Shown here: piece after piece, positions 9,186-20,009 of the stretch | How the letters are laid out: each line of letters starts with the position of its first letter | Position numbering within the stretch: position 1 is the first letter of the stretch | Assembly: GCA_964634465.1 (NCBI GenBank) | Contig: CAZWLY010000001.1 | Span: forward strand, 195,967 to 259,966 | DNA: 64,000 nt | Source: an uncultured Thermodesulfobacteriota bacterium | Lineage (GTDB): Bacteria; Desulfobacterota; Desulfarculia; G963662305 | Reading direction: 5' to 3' | Position numbers and translations under genes: made by a program | Notes under the pieces: model-generated | Database searches by the model: none | What the model saw: the letters and a program-made list of their open reading frames with translations, nothing else | Told to the model about the DNA's origin: nothing

Positions 9186-10330
9186 GTTACGATCACTTCC
9201 TTGTTCGGTTTGGGGATGGCGTAGAACCTGGCCGTAATCATCTTCTCCGGCGCCGGCCGGTTGGCCGCGCTGGCCTGATCCTGCCCGGGCCAGGCCGGGG
9301 TCAACTCCTTGGGTTTGAGGCACGAGCGGCCGATGATCGCTTCCAATCGCTCGCCCCGATCGACCACCTTCTCCAACCCGACCCGACAACCGCCCCGGCC
9401 GGTTTCGGAGGTGACGACGAGGACGCTCTCCCGGCCGAAGTCTATGGCCGGCGGCCGGCCGGGATAGGTCGGGTCCACGGCCCGGATCTCGGCCAGGAAA
9501 TCGGCCTCGTTGTCGATCACCGCCGCCCGGCGGCGGCCGATTTTGGGCCGAAGGCGCTTTATCTCGATCGGTCGGGCCTGGACGAGCAGGCTCCGACCCG
9601 GCGGGCCGTCGCGGTGGCGCAGATACTCGGCCGGGGCCTTCTCGACCATGAAGGCGACCACCTCGTTGACCGCCAGTCTCAAGACTCGTTCCGTGGCCGT
9701 GCCCGAAAAGCCGCCCAGGACGACCGGTATGTCCAGGTCGCGGATGTAGATCAGAACCCCGCCCCCGAAGTCGTAGCTCTCCGCCTCCACCGCCCCCTGG
9801 GCCACCACCCGGCCGGTGGCGGCGTCCAGGATCTTCAGTTCCAGGGCCAGCTCGGCCTCCAGGTAGGAGGCGGCGATCAACGGGAAGTCCTTCATCTGGG
9901 TTCGGGCGTAGACCGAACCGCCCAGGGTGACCAGGCCCAGAATGAAACCGCCCGCGCCCAGATGGTCCGGGCTGAAGGCGGTGATCTCGCCGGTCAGGAT
10001 GAGCTCGGCGCCCAACAGGCGGGCCTGTTCCTCGAGGAGCTTTTGCTCCCTGGCCGCCTCGTCCAGCGCCTCGCGGTCCAGCAGGATGAACCGGTCGGCG
10101 GCGAAGAGGGCCGAGGTGACCATGTCGGCCAACCCCTCGGCCAGCCGGTTGGAGGCATTGGCCGCCTTGCTCTTGAACGGAGCCACCACCAGCCGGGCCC
10201 TGGGCCCGGTGTAGGGCTCGGCCGGTCGGGCCGGTTTGATCTGGCGGGCGCTCGGCGCGCAGCCAGCCATGAGGGCCAAGACGACCAGCCAGAGCACAGG
10301 AGGGACCAGGCGCGGGAGGGTCTTTTTCAT
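9173..10330 (-). CDS. CsgG/HfaB-family lipoprotein fused to a PrcB-C-like C-terminal domain
   Basis: Trimmed to ATG 10330, giving a lipoprotein signal MKKTLPRLVPPVLWLVVLALMAGC. The CsgG-like core reads RLVVAPFKSKA..LAEGLADMVTSALFAADRFILLDREAL...GAELILTGEITAFS. The C-terminal ~130 aa (DFGRESVLVVTSETGRGGCRVGLEKV...ITARFYAIPKPNKEV) resembles PrcB_C. Overlaps the downstream hydrolase gene by 13 nt. Confidence 0.65.
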   Translation of the reverse strand: MKKTLPRLVPPVLWLVVLALMAGCAPSARQIKPARPAEPYTGPRARLVVAPFKSKAANASNRLAEGLADMVTSALFAADRFILLDREALDEAAREQKLLEEQARLLGAELILTGEITAFSPDHLGAGGFILGLVTLGGSVYARTQMKDFPLIAASYLEAELALELKILDAATGRVVAQGAVEAESYDFGGGVLIYIRDLDIPVVLGGFSGTATERVLRLAVNEVVAFMVEKAPAEYLRHRDGPPGRSLLVQARPIEIKRLRPKIGRRRAAVIDNEADFLAEIRAVDPTYPGRPPAIDFGRESVLVVTSETGRGGCRVGLEKVVDRGERLEAIIGRSCLKPKELTPAWPGQDQASAANRPAPEKMITARFYAIPKPNKEVIVTWRD

Positions 10331-10402
10331 GGCCCAATAAAGGTAGCCCAAAAGCGCGGCCGCGGGCAACAGCCATCTTTTCAGGAATATTTGGCCCTCG
10401 CA

Positions 10403-10508
10403 GGAGGGCATTCCACGTCGCTCGCGGCGAAGAAGAACGACTCCGCATTTGCCGCCGATATCCCGCCGTTTGCGGCGGGGTTGTTCATTCCCCCCGGGGG
10501 AGTTCATT
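10403..10508 (+). repeat. Dispersed modular palindromic repeat, copy A
   Basis: The core gctcgcggcgaagaagaacgactccgcatttgccgccgatatcccgccgtttgcggcggggttgttcat plus flanking GGGG-N-TTCAT-TCCCC modules aligns with the copies at 33604, 40744 and 50061 (reverse). Intergenic. Confidence 0.8.
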
Positions 10509-10666
10509 TAAGCGCCATTGGGGCCTTGACAGGGCGGGGTCCAATGGTAAAAATTTGAACAACCGGACAGGCGTGAGGTTGCGAAGAATATTTGTTGCCG
10601 AATCGGCGGTCGCTCTCGACCGAGAGGGCGGCTACGTCTGTCTTTTTTTTGTGACGGAGGCGATCC

Positions 10667-11116
10667 ATGTCTATTTTGGAACGGATTGAGGCGGATTTCA
10701 AGGACGCCTTCAAGGCCCGCCGGCAAGACGAGATTTCAACGCTGAGGATGGTTCGCTCGGCCCTCAAGGTCAAGGAGAAGGAGAAGGGCGTCGAGCTGGA
10801 CGACAAGACGGTCACGGCCGTAATCAAGACCCTGGCCAAGCAGCGCCAGGACGCGGCCGAGCAGTACCGCCAGGGCGGCCGCGACGACCTGGTGGCCAAG
10901 GAGGAGGCAGAACTCGAGATCCTGTCGGCCTACCTGCCCGAAGAGGTGGACGAGGCGACCATCCGTGAGGTCGTCGGCGGGGTCATCGCCGAGTTGGGCG
11001 CCTCCAGCATGAAGGACATGGGCCGGGTGATGAAAGAGTCGCTGGCCAAGCTGGGCGCCGGCGCCGACGGCAAGACGGTCAACACCATCGCCAAGGAGCT
11101 GCTCCAGGGTGGTTGA
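10667..11116 (+). CDS. yqeY: GatB/YqeY domain-containing protein
   Basis: 149-aa ORF (DFKDAFKARRQDEISTLRMVRSALKVKE...LSAYLPE...MKDMGRVMK), typical of YqeY. GGAGG lies upstream. Confidence 0.9.
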   Translation: MSILERIEADFKDAFKARRQDEISTLRMVRSALKVKEKEKGVELDDKTVTAVIKTLAKQRQDAAEQYRQGGRDDLVAKEEAELEILSAYLPEEVDEATIREVVGGVIAELGASSMKDMGRVMKESLAKLGAGADGKTVNTIAKELLQGG

Positions 11117-13467
11117 TGGATAGCCACACCCTCCGCGTTCTGGAATTCGGCGAGGTGCTCGAGGCGACGGCCTCGCTGGCCGCCACGCCGCTGGGGGCGG
11201 CCGCCGTTTCGGCCCTGGCCCCCATCGCCGACCGGCGGCGGCTCGATGAAGAGCTGGACCGCCTGGAGGAGATGGTCCGCTTTCTCGCCGTCGAGCCCGG
11301 CCTGGATATGAGCGGGCTCAACGACATCGAGCCGTTCCTGCCCCGGATCGAGGCCGAGGGCGCTTTCCTCGATCCCGAGGAACTGGAGACGATCCACCGG
11401 ACCGTGGCCTGCCTGGCGCGCCTCAAGGGACGGCTGGAGGCCGCGGCCGAGCGCTGCCCGCTCCTGGCCGAGATGGGCTCGCGTCTGGGCGAGCACCGGG
11501 AGCTGCTGGCCGCCTTCAGGAAGACTTTCGGACCCGGCCTGACCATCGCCGATTCGGCCAGCCCGGAGCTCAAGCGCATCCGGCGGCGACTGACCGGCCT
11601 CAAGGACTCCATCCGAGCCGAGCTGGAGACGATCATCTCGGCCAAACGATCCCAGGGGCTGTTACAGGACGAGATCATCACCCAGCGCTCGGGCCGCTTC
11701 GTGTTGCCGGTCAAATCCAGCCGCCAGGGAGATCTGAGCGGCATCATCCACGACTCCTCGGCCTCGCGCCAGACGGTCTACATGGAGCCGCTGGCCGTGA
11801 CCGGGCTCAACAACCAACTTGGTTTGATGACGGCCGAGGAGCGGCGGGAGGTGGTCCGGATCCTGACCCGGCTGACCGAGATGATCCGGCCGCTCGTCCC
11901 GGAGTTGACCGCCCAGATCGAACTGGCCGCCGAGCTGGACAGCCTCCAAGCCCGGGCCCGCTTCGCCGCCCGTTTGAAGGCGGTCAAGCCCGAGCTGGAC
12001 GACGAGGGCCGGTTGGAGCTCAAGGCCGCCCGCCACCCGTTGTTGATCCTGGGCCCGGGCGAAGCCGTGCCGGTGGACCTGGCCTTTCCCGAGGACCGCT
12101 CGATCCTGATCGTCTCCGGCCCCAACGCCGGCGGCAAGACGGTCGCCCTGAAGACCATGGGCCTGTTGTGCGTGATGGCCCACAGCGGGTTCTTCGTTCC
12201 GGCCGCCGAGGGCTCCCGGCTGCCCTTTTTGTCCGGCCTGGCCGCCTCCATCGGCGACGACCAGGCCATCGCCGCCGGCGAATCGACCTTCTCGGCCCGG
12301 CTGGGTTGGCTGAAACGGGTTTTGGACGAGGCCGGAGAGGGCTGGCTGGTCTTGATCGACGAACTGGGCGGCGGCACCGATCCGGCCGAGGGCGCGGCCT
12401 TGGGCCTGGCCGCCCTGGACCGGCTGGCCGACCAGGGGGCCAAGGTGCTGGCGACGACCCACTTGAATTTCATCAAGGCCTGGGCCGCCGCCAACGAGCG
12501 GGCCCTGAACGCCTCGGTCCTCATCGACCAGGACAGCCGGCGGCCGACCTACGAGCTGGCCTACGGCCGGCCGGGGTTGAGCAACGCCTTTGAAATGGCC
12601 GACTCGGTGGGGCTGGACAGGGAACTGACCGCTCGGGCCCGCCGCTACCTGGGCGGCGAGGAGGAGCGGTTCAAGACGATCCTGACCGAGCTGACCCGAC
12701 TGGACGACGATCATCGCCGGGCCCGGGCCGAGATCGAGGCCGAGAGGCGGAAGCTCGAGGCCCGGCAGGCGGAGGCGAAGCGTTTGCGCCGGGCCCTCGA
12801 GCGCGATCGGGAACGTCTGATCGAGGAGGAGCGGGCCAGGCTCAACGAGATGCTGGCCAAGGCCGAGGCCGCCCTGGAGCGCATCCTGGCCCGGGCCGAC
12901 ACCGATGACGTCCGGGCGCGCGACCGGGCCAAGTATCGGTTTTACGGCGAAAAGAGCCGACTCAAAGCCGCCTTCGGCCCGGCGCCGGGGCGACCGGAAA
13001 CGCCCCCCGCGAGCGGTTTCAAGGCCGGTCAGGCGGTCAAGGTGGCCGGGTTTGCCCAGCCCGGCGTGGTCGAGGCCGACGCGCCGCCGGGGCGCAAGGT
13101 CAAGGTCCGGCTGGCCGGCGGGATGCGGGTCACGACCGATCCGGCCGAGGTCGCCCCGACCGCCGCCCCGCCCGAAGACCGGCGGCCTCGGGCGACGGTG
13201 GGGCCCGGTCCGAGCCGATCGTCGCTGCGGCCCGAGATAAAGATCATCGGGCTCAGGGTCGATGAGGCCCTGCCGGTGGTCGATAAGGCCCTGGACGACG
13301 CCCTGCTGTCCGGCGTGGACAAGCTGGCCATCGTTCACGGCGTGGGCACCGGCGCGCTCAGAAGCGCGGTTCGCGAGTTTCTGGCTGGCCACCCCCGGGT
13401 CAGGTGCTTCGGCTCGGCCCCGGGGATCCAGGGCCCGGCCGTAACCGAGGTCGAATTGAGGGCTTAG
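11116..13467 (+). CDS. mutS2: Endonuclease MutS2 (MutS domain V ATPase plus C-terminal Smr domain)
   Basis: ATG 11116 overlaps the yqeY TGA; the ORF track starts at TTG 11113. Contains a Walker A (SGPNAGGKTV), DELGGGTDP, and a C-terminal Smr domain (IIGLRVDEALPVVDKALDDALLSGVDKLAIVHGVGTGALR). Confidence 0.93.
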   Translation: MDSHTLRVLEFGEVLEATASLAATPLGAAAVSALAPIADRRRLDEELDRLEEMVRFLAVEPGLDMSGLNDIEPFLPRIEAEGAFLDPEELETIHRTVACLARLKGRLEAAAERCPLLAEMGSRLGEHRELLAAFRKTFGPGLTIADSASPELKRIRRRLTGLKDSIRAELETIISAKRSQGLLQDEIITQRSGRFVLPVKSSRQGDLSGIIHDSSASRQTVYMEPLAVTGLNNQLGLMTAEERREVVRILTRLTEMIRPLVPELTAQIELAAELDSLQARARFAARLKAVKPELDDEGRLELKAARHPLLILGPGEAVPVDLAFPEDRSILIVSGPNAGGKTVALKTMGLLCVMAHSGFFVPAAEGSRLPFLSGLAASIGDDQAIAAGESTFSARLGWLKRVLDEAGEGWLVLIDELGGGTDPAEGAALGLAALDRLADQGAKVLATTHLNFIKAWAAANERALNASVLIDQDSRRPTYELAYGRPGLSNAFEMADSVGLDRELTARARRYLGGEEERFKTILTELTRLDDDHRRARAEIEAERRKLEARQAEAKRLRRALERDRERLIEEERARLNEMLAKAEAALERILARADTDDVRARDRAKYRFYGEKSRLKAAFGPAPGRPETPPASGFKAGQAVKVAGFAQPGVVEADAPPGRKVKVRLAGGMRVTTDPAEVAPTAAPPEDRRPRATVGPGPSRSSLRPEIKIIGLRVDEALPVVDKALDDALLSGVDKLAIVHGVGTGALRSAVREFLAGHPRVRCFGSAPGIQGPAVTEVELRA

Positions 13468-13475
13468 GAAGGACT

Positions 13476-15212
13476 ATGCCGCCGTTTCCCGAAGACAAGA
13501 TCGACGAGGTCCGCCAGGCGGCCGACATAGTCGAGGTCATCGGACGCTACGTCGAGCTGAAGCAACAGGGCCGCCTGTTCAAGGGCCTGTGTCCTTTCCA
13601 CGCCGAGAAGACGCCCTCGTTCACGGTCAATCCGGAGCGGCGGATATTCAAGTGCTTCGGCTGCGGTGAGGGAGGCAACGTCTTTACTTTCTTGATGAAA
13701 CACGCCGGGATGACTTTTCCCGAGGCGGTTCGCGACCTGGCCCGGAGCTACCACATCGAGCTGCCCCGGCCCAAGGCCACTCCCGAGGAGACCCGGCGAC
13801 TCAAGGCCAGGGAGGGCGTGTTGGCCGTCTGCCGCCAGGCGGCCGAGTTCTACGCCGCCAACCTGAGCTCGCAGAGAGGAGTCGAGGCCAGAACGTATCT
13901 GAAAAAACGCGGCATACCCGCCGAGGTCGTGGAGCGCTACGGCCTGGGGTGGATCGACGATCGTTGGGACGGCCTGATAAACGAGATGCGCCGCCGGGGC
14001 GTCAGCCCGGCCCGGGTGGCCGAGGCCGGCCTGGCCGTCCCCAGAAAGGGCGGCGGAGGCTACTACGACCGCTTCCGGGGCCGGCTGATGATCCCCATCC
14101 GCGACGGGCGGGGGCGGGTGGTCGCCTTCGGCGGCCGGGCCCTGACCGACGAGGTGGAGCCCAAGTATTTGAACTCGCCCGAGACGTCGGTCTTCAAGAA
14201 GGGCCGGCTGCTCTACGGCCTCTACGAGGCCAGGGACGCCGTCCGCCGGGCCCGGCGGGTGGTGGTGGTCGAGGGTTACTTCGACTGCCTGGCTCTGGCC
14301 TCGGCCGGGCTGGAGTACGCCGTGGCCACCATGGGCACGGCGCTGACCGACCGACAGATCGGCCAACTGCGCGGCCTGCACGCGGAGGTGATCCTGGTCT
14401 ACGACGCCGACGAGGCCGGATTGAAAGCGGCCCTGCGGGCTCAAGAACTCTTTACGAAACATGAGGTATCGGCTAAAATATTAAGTTTGCCCGAGGGACA
14501 AGACCCGGACGATTTCGTCCGGGCCAACGGCTTGGCGGCCTTCGAGGCGCTCTTGGAGAACGCGCAGCCCATGGTCGCCTTTGCCGTCGATCGGCTTTTG
14601 GACAGGCCGCTGTCGACTCCCGAGGACAAGGGCGCGGCCTTGAAGGATTTGGCGCCGGTCCTGGGGCGGATCGCCTTGCCGGTGGAGCAGGCCGCCTACG
14701 TCCAGATCGTGGCCGCCCGCTTGGGCGTGGACCAGGCGGCGGTGATGGCCGGGCTTACCCGCGGCGGGCGAAAGGCGGATCTGGCCCGGCGGCTGGTCGG
14801 CCGGCGGGACAAGGGCGATCGGGACCAGGGGTTCGTGGCCGCCCTGATAAACGACCCGGACTGCTGCCGGGCGCTCATGGAGGCCGGCCTGGACGAAGTG
14901 CTCAGGGACCCGGTTTGCAAGCGGGTGGCCGAGGCGGCCTTCAGGGCCAGTCGGGCCGGGGAGCCGCTGGACGCGGCGGCGCTCATGGACCGGTTGGACG
15001 CCGAGGGGGCCGAGTTGGTCGCCCGGCTGGTTTGGGAGGACGGCCGTCGGCCCACGCCCGAGTATCGGGCCGAGATGCTGGCCGCCCTCGAGAGGCTGAA
15101 ACGTAAGTTGACGGTCCAGGACATCGTGGACCAAATCGCGGCCGCCGAGGCGGCCGGTGACGAAGATAAAGTTATGCGGCTGCTGGCCCTGAGAAGGGCT
15201 TTGGATCGTTAG
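13476..15212 (+). CDS. dnaG: DNA primase
   Basis: Trimmed to ATG 13476, preceded by AGGAAGGA. Contains a zinc ribbon (CPFHAEKTPSFTVNPERRIFKCFGCGEGGN) and a TOPRIM region (VVVEGYFDCLAL, LVYDADEAG). Confidence 0.93.
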   Translation: MPPFPEDKIDEVRQAADIVEVIGRYVELKQQGRLFKGLCPFHAEKTPSFTVNPERRIFKCFGCGEGGNVFTFLMKHAGMTFPEAVRDLARSYHIELPRPKATPEETRRLKAREGVLAVCRQAAEFYAANLSSQRGVEARTYLKKRGIPAEVVERYGLGWIDDRWDGLINEMRRRGVSPARVAEAGLAVPRKGGGGYYDRFRGRLMIPIRDGRGRVVAFGGRALTDEVEPKYLNSPETSVFKKGRLLYGLYEARDAVRRARRVVVVEGYFDCLALASAGLEYAVATMGTALTDRQIGQLRGLHAEVILVYDADEAGLKAALRAQELFTKHEVSAKILSLPEGQDPDDFVRANGLAAFEALLENAQPMVAFAVDRLLDRPLSTPEDKGAALKDLAPVLGRIALPVEQAAYVQIVAARLGVDQAAVMAGLTRGGRKADLARRLVGRRDKGDRDQGFVAALINDPDCCRALMEAGLDEVLRDPVCKRVAEAAFRASRAGEPLDAAALMDRLDAEGAELVARLVWEDGRRPTPEYRAEMLAALERLKRKLTVQDIVDQIAAAEAAGDEDKVMRLLALRRALDR

Positions 15213-15253
15213 TTGCAACCAAGCGATTCACCTAGCCAGGGGAAGAATGCCAT

Positions 15254-17602
<2,349 letters not shown>

Positions 17603-17631
17603 TCGGAGCGCCGGCCGGGGCCGGTTTTGCC

Positions 17632-17660
17632 TTGCCCCGGCGGCCAAAAAATAGTATATA
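17632..17660 (+). promoter_or_regulatory. Putative sigma70 promoter for tRNA-His (TTGCCC-17 nt-TATATA)
   Basis: TTGCCC at 17632-17637 and TATATA at 17655-17660. The tRNA starts at 17684. Confidence 0.4.
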
Positions 17661-17683
17661 GGCCGGGCCAAAATTTGGCATCC

Positions 17684-17761
17684 GGTGGATGTAGCTCAGT
17701 TGGTCAGAGCGCCAGGTTGTGGCCCTGGAGGCCGGGGGTTCGAGTCCCCTCATCCACCCCA
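17684..17761 (+). tRNA. tRNA-His (anticodon GTG) with encoded G-1 and CCA
   Basis: Hand-folded cloverleaf. The extra 5' G pairs with discriminator C. Acceptor GTGGATG/CATCCAC, D-arm AGCTCAGTTGGTCAGAGC, anticodon stem CCAGG/CCTGG with loop TTGTGGC, T-arm GGGGGTTCGAGTCCCCT, 3' CCA. Closely parallels E. coli tRNA-His as I remember it. Confidence 0.92.
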
Positions 17762-17771
17762 TCGACGAAAA

Positions 17772-17805
17772 AGCCGGAGGATGAAACATCCTCCGGCTTT
17801 TATTT
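17772..17805. terminator. Bidirectional rho-independent terminator
   Basis: 12-bp perfect stem agccggaggatg / catcctccggct with loop aaa. It is followed by TTTTATTT on the + strand and preceded by AAAAA (a T-run on the - strand). Lies between tRNA-His (+) and the 17924..18445 gene (-). Confidence 0.8.
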
Positions 17806-17923
17806 GGTCGTCACGGCGGCTTGGAGCCGGCTCGCTTCCCAAAAGCGAATCGCCCCGCCCGATTGAGACCGCTCTCGAGCGCCGGACGGGAAACCTCTTT
17901 CCCTTTTTGGGAACGACTCGACC

Positions 17924-18445
17924 TCAGCCCCGATCGATCTTGTCCGACTCCTGGACCATTCGGCGGTGGTACTTGGCCGTCTTGGCCAAAAAGGCGTGAT
18001 TGGGCATCGGCTTTTCGCTCGGGTCGATCAACCCCATGTTGACCGCCCGGGCCAAGCCGCCCTTGGGCCGCATGGGGCCCTTCCAGTTCGGCGCGGTCAT
18101 GTACTTCAGGGCGGCGGCGATCAGCGGCCTCACCTCGGCTTCGCGCGCCATTTGGGCCGCCAGGGACTGGACCTCGCCCTTGTTGGCCTTCAAGAATTCG
18201 GCCGCCTCCTCGTTGGGCGCTTCAAAGCCGAACACCTCGTTGGTCGCCGAGCCGGCCAGAAGGCTGGCCCGGTAAGGGTCGGCGGTCTTGGCCGCCCGGA
18301 CGTAGAGGTCGCGATAGACGCCGTCTATCAGGGTGGTCACCGCCTGGATCAGCCGTTGAGAGGCGCCCTTGCGGTTCTGGATGTAGATGAAAAAGAGGAT
18401 GGCTATCGAGAGGCCGATGAGGCCGATTAGAGTCAGATCAGGCAT
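17924..18445 (-). CDS. Hypothetical membrane-anchored protein
   Basis: 173-aa ORF with an N-terminal TM helix (LTLIGLIGLSIAILFFIYI). Overlaps the queD stop by 8 nt. No family recognised. Confidence 0.55.
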   Translation of the reverse strand: MPDLTLIGLIGLSIAILFFIYIQNRKGASQRLIQAVTTLIDGVYRDLYVRAAKTADPYRASLLAGSATNEVFGFEAPNEEAAEFLKANKGEVQSLAAQMAREAEVRPLIAAALKYMTAPNWKGPMRPKGGLARAVNMGLIDPSEKPMPNHAFLAKTAKYHRRMVQESDKIDRG

Positions 18446-18815
18446 TTTCCCCTAAATAGCTGGCCCGCGACGTCTCCGACTCCCAACAATCGACCCGGAC
18501 GACGGCCAGGTCGGGATGGGCCAACATTCCGGACAGGCGGTCGTAGATGTAGCGGGCGATGTTCTCGGAAGACGGGCTGAGGTCCTTGAACGCCTCGAGC
18601 TCGTTCAAATGGGTGTGATCGATCTCGTCCATGATCCGGCCGGTCATCTTCTTGAGCTCGGCGAAATCCAAGAGCATGCCGGCCTGGTCCACCTCGGTCC
18701 CCCGGACGGTGACCTCGACCTTCCAGTTGTGGCCGTGGAGCTGCTCGCACTTGCCCCGGTAATTCCTCAAGGCGTGGGCCGCGGCGAAGTGGGTGACGAT
18801 CTTGACCTCGTACAA
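18438..18815 (-). CDS. queD: 6-carboxy-5,6,7,8-tetrahydropterin synthase
   Basis: 125-aa ORF (FAAAHALRNYRGKCEQLHGHNWKVEV...LDFAELK...DHTHLN), the QueD/PTPS signature. Confidence 0.9.
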   Translation of the reverse strand: MYEVKIVTHFAAAHALRNYRGKCEQLHGHNWKVEVTVRGTEVDQAGMLLDFAELKKMTGRIMDEIDHTHLNELEAFKDLSPSSENIARYIYDRLSGMLAHPDLAVVRVDCWESETSRASYLGENA

Positions 18816-18818
18816 GGT

Positions 18819-19067
18819 CTAGTCCTCCTCCGCGCCGGGGGCGTACGGCTTGCCGCACTCCTTGCACTTGCCGTCCGGGCCGATGACGCCGATGCAGGTC
18901 CCGTCGGAGCAAAGCACCCGGTCCTCCCAGTCGTCGCCGCCGACGCCTTCCGGGATTTCGGCCAGGCCGCCGCAGTGCATGCAGTAGACGCTTTCTTCAG
19001 GGATCGGCTTCTGGCAGTGGGGGCAGTCTTTGCTGGGGAGCTCCTTTTCGCAGTGGGGGCAGTTCAC
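18819..19067 (-). CDS. Zinc-ribbon domain protein
   Basis: Trimmed to GTG 19067, which sits 9 nt downstream of AAGGAGG. Four CxxC-type pairs: CPHC, CPHC, CMHC, CKEC. Confidence 0.55.
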   Translation of the reverse strand: MNCPHCEKELPSKDCPHCQKPIPEESVYCMHCGGLAEIPEGVGGDDWEDRVLCSDGTCIGVIGPDGKCKECGKPYAPGAEED

Positions 19068-19178
19068 TTTTTTGTTCCTCCTTGGCGAGATTCTCCGGCC
19101 TTCTCGAGCCGGGCCCGTCAACGGCCCCGCTCAGTATAAACTATCCCGGCTAGAGTGCGGGCGACAAAATTCGGTCGC

Positions 19179-19580
19179 CTAGGCCTCCTCGTTCAGCGGC
19201 CACTCGCCCCGGTCCTTGAGGACCTGGCGCAGGGTCTTGAGGGCCTGATTGACCACCGGCACGCCGCCGTAGACCGCCATCTGGAAGATGACCTCGGCGA
19301 TCTCCTGGGGCCGGCAGCCGACGTTCAGGGCGGCGTGGATGTGCAGCGCCAGCTCCTCGGTCCGCTCCAGAACGGTCAGGGCGGCCACGGTGACGAGCTG
19401 CCGGGTGGGGTGGGAGAGCTTCTGCCGGGCGTACATTTTCCCGGTGATGAAAAGCGACAGATCCTTGGCTAGCGCCTTGTCGAAGGCCCGCCAGAGCTGG
19501 TAGGGCCGCTCGCCCTTGACGCCCTCGAAGTAGAGCTTGGCCGTGGCCGCGGTTTTTTCTTTCAACTTCGTCTCGTCCAT
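19179..19580 (-). CDS. Carboxymuconolactone decarboxylase (AhpD-like) family protein
   Basis: Start chosen at ATG 19580 (GAGGAA upstream); the ORF track starts at 19622. CMD-family pattern: LSHPTRQLVTVAALTVLERTEELALHIHAALNVGCRPQEIAEVIFQMAVYGGVP. Confidence 0.8.
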   Translation of the reverse strand: MDETKLKEKTAATAKLYFEGVKGERPYQLWRAFDKALAKDLSLFITGKMYARQKLSHPTRQLVTVAALTVLERTEELALHIHAALNVGCRPQEIAEVIFQMAVYGGVPVVNQALKTLRQVLKDRGEWPLNEEA

Positions 19581-19674
19581 GGAATGTTCCTCGATCAAGG
19601 CCTTGATGCCTGAAGTTATCACGATCGGCGTTTAAAACTCAAAGGGCGGGAGCGACGGCAAGCGGCTGGAGACA

Positions 19675-19712
19675 CCCCTCACCCTTTCCCTCTCCCCTCG
19701 AGGGGAGAGGGA
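19675..19712 (+). repeat. Hairpin repeat unit (CCCTCACCC..CCCTCTCCCC-N-GGGGAGAGGG), left inverted copy
   Basis: cccctcaccctttccctctcccctcgaggggagaggga matches the reverse complement of 20244-20283 (ccccctcaccccacccctctcccccagagggggagaggga) at most positions. Confidence 0.75.
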
Positions 19713-20009
19713 ACAGCGCTTGTCAACCGGCGCGGCGCAAAATCAATGCCCCCAGTGGATAGCGACTCCCAATGGAGCCCATCCCTAACCAAGTCGTTTC
19801 AATCCATCCGGACTTTTGTTTAGAGGCCGCGTGACGGCGAACCTGCCGGCGCTAGAGACGAAAGAGCCTGAAGGTCGCCGACGTTAGCAGCCACAACGCC
19901 ATCCGGCTCTCTCTCCGTGCCGGGCAAAAGACTCTTCCCTTTTTGAAACAAGACGTCTGACGTTGAAAACACCCGAAGGCTGTCAACTCGAACGGCCTGA
20001 CGCCGTCCG

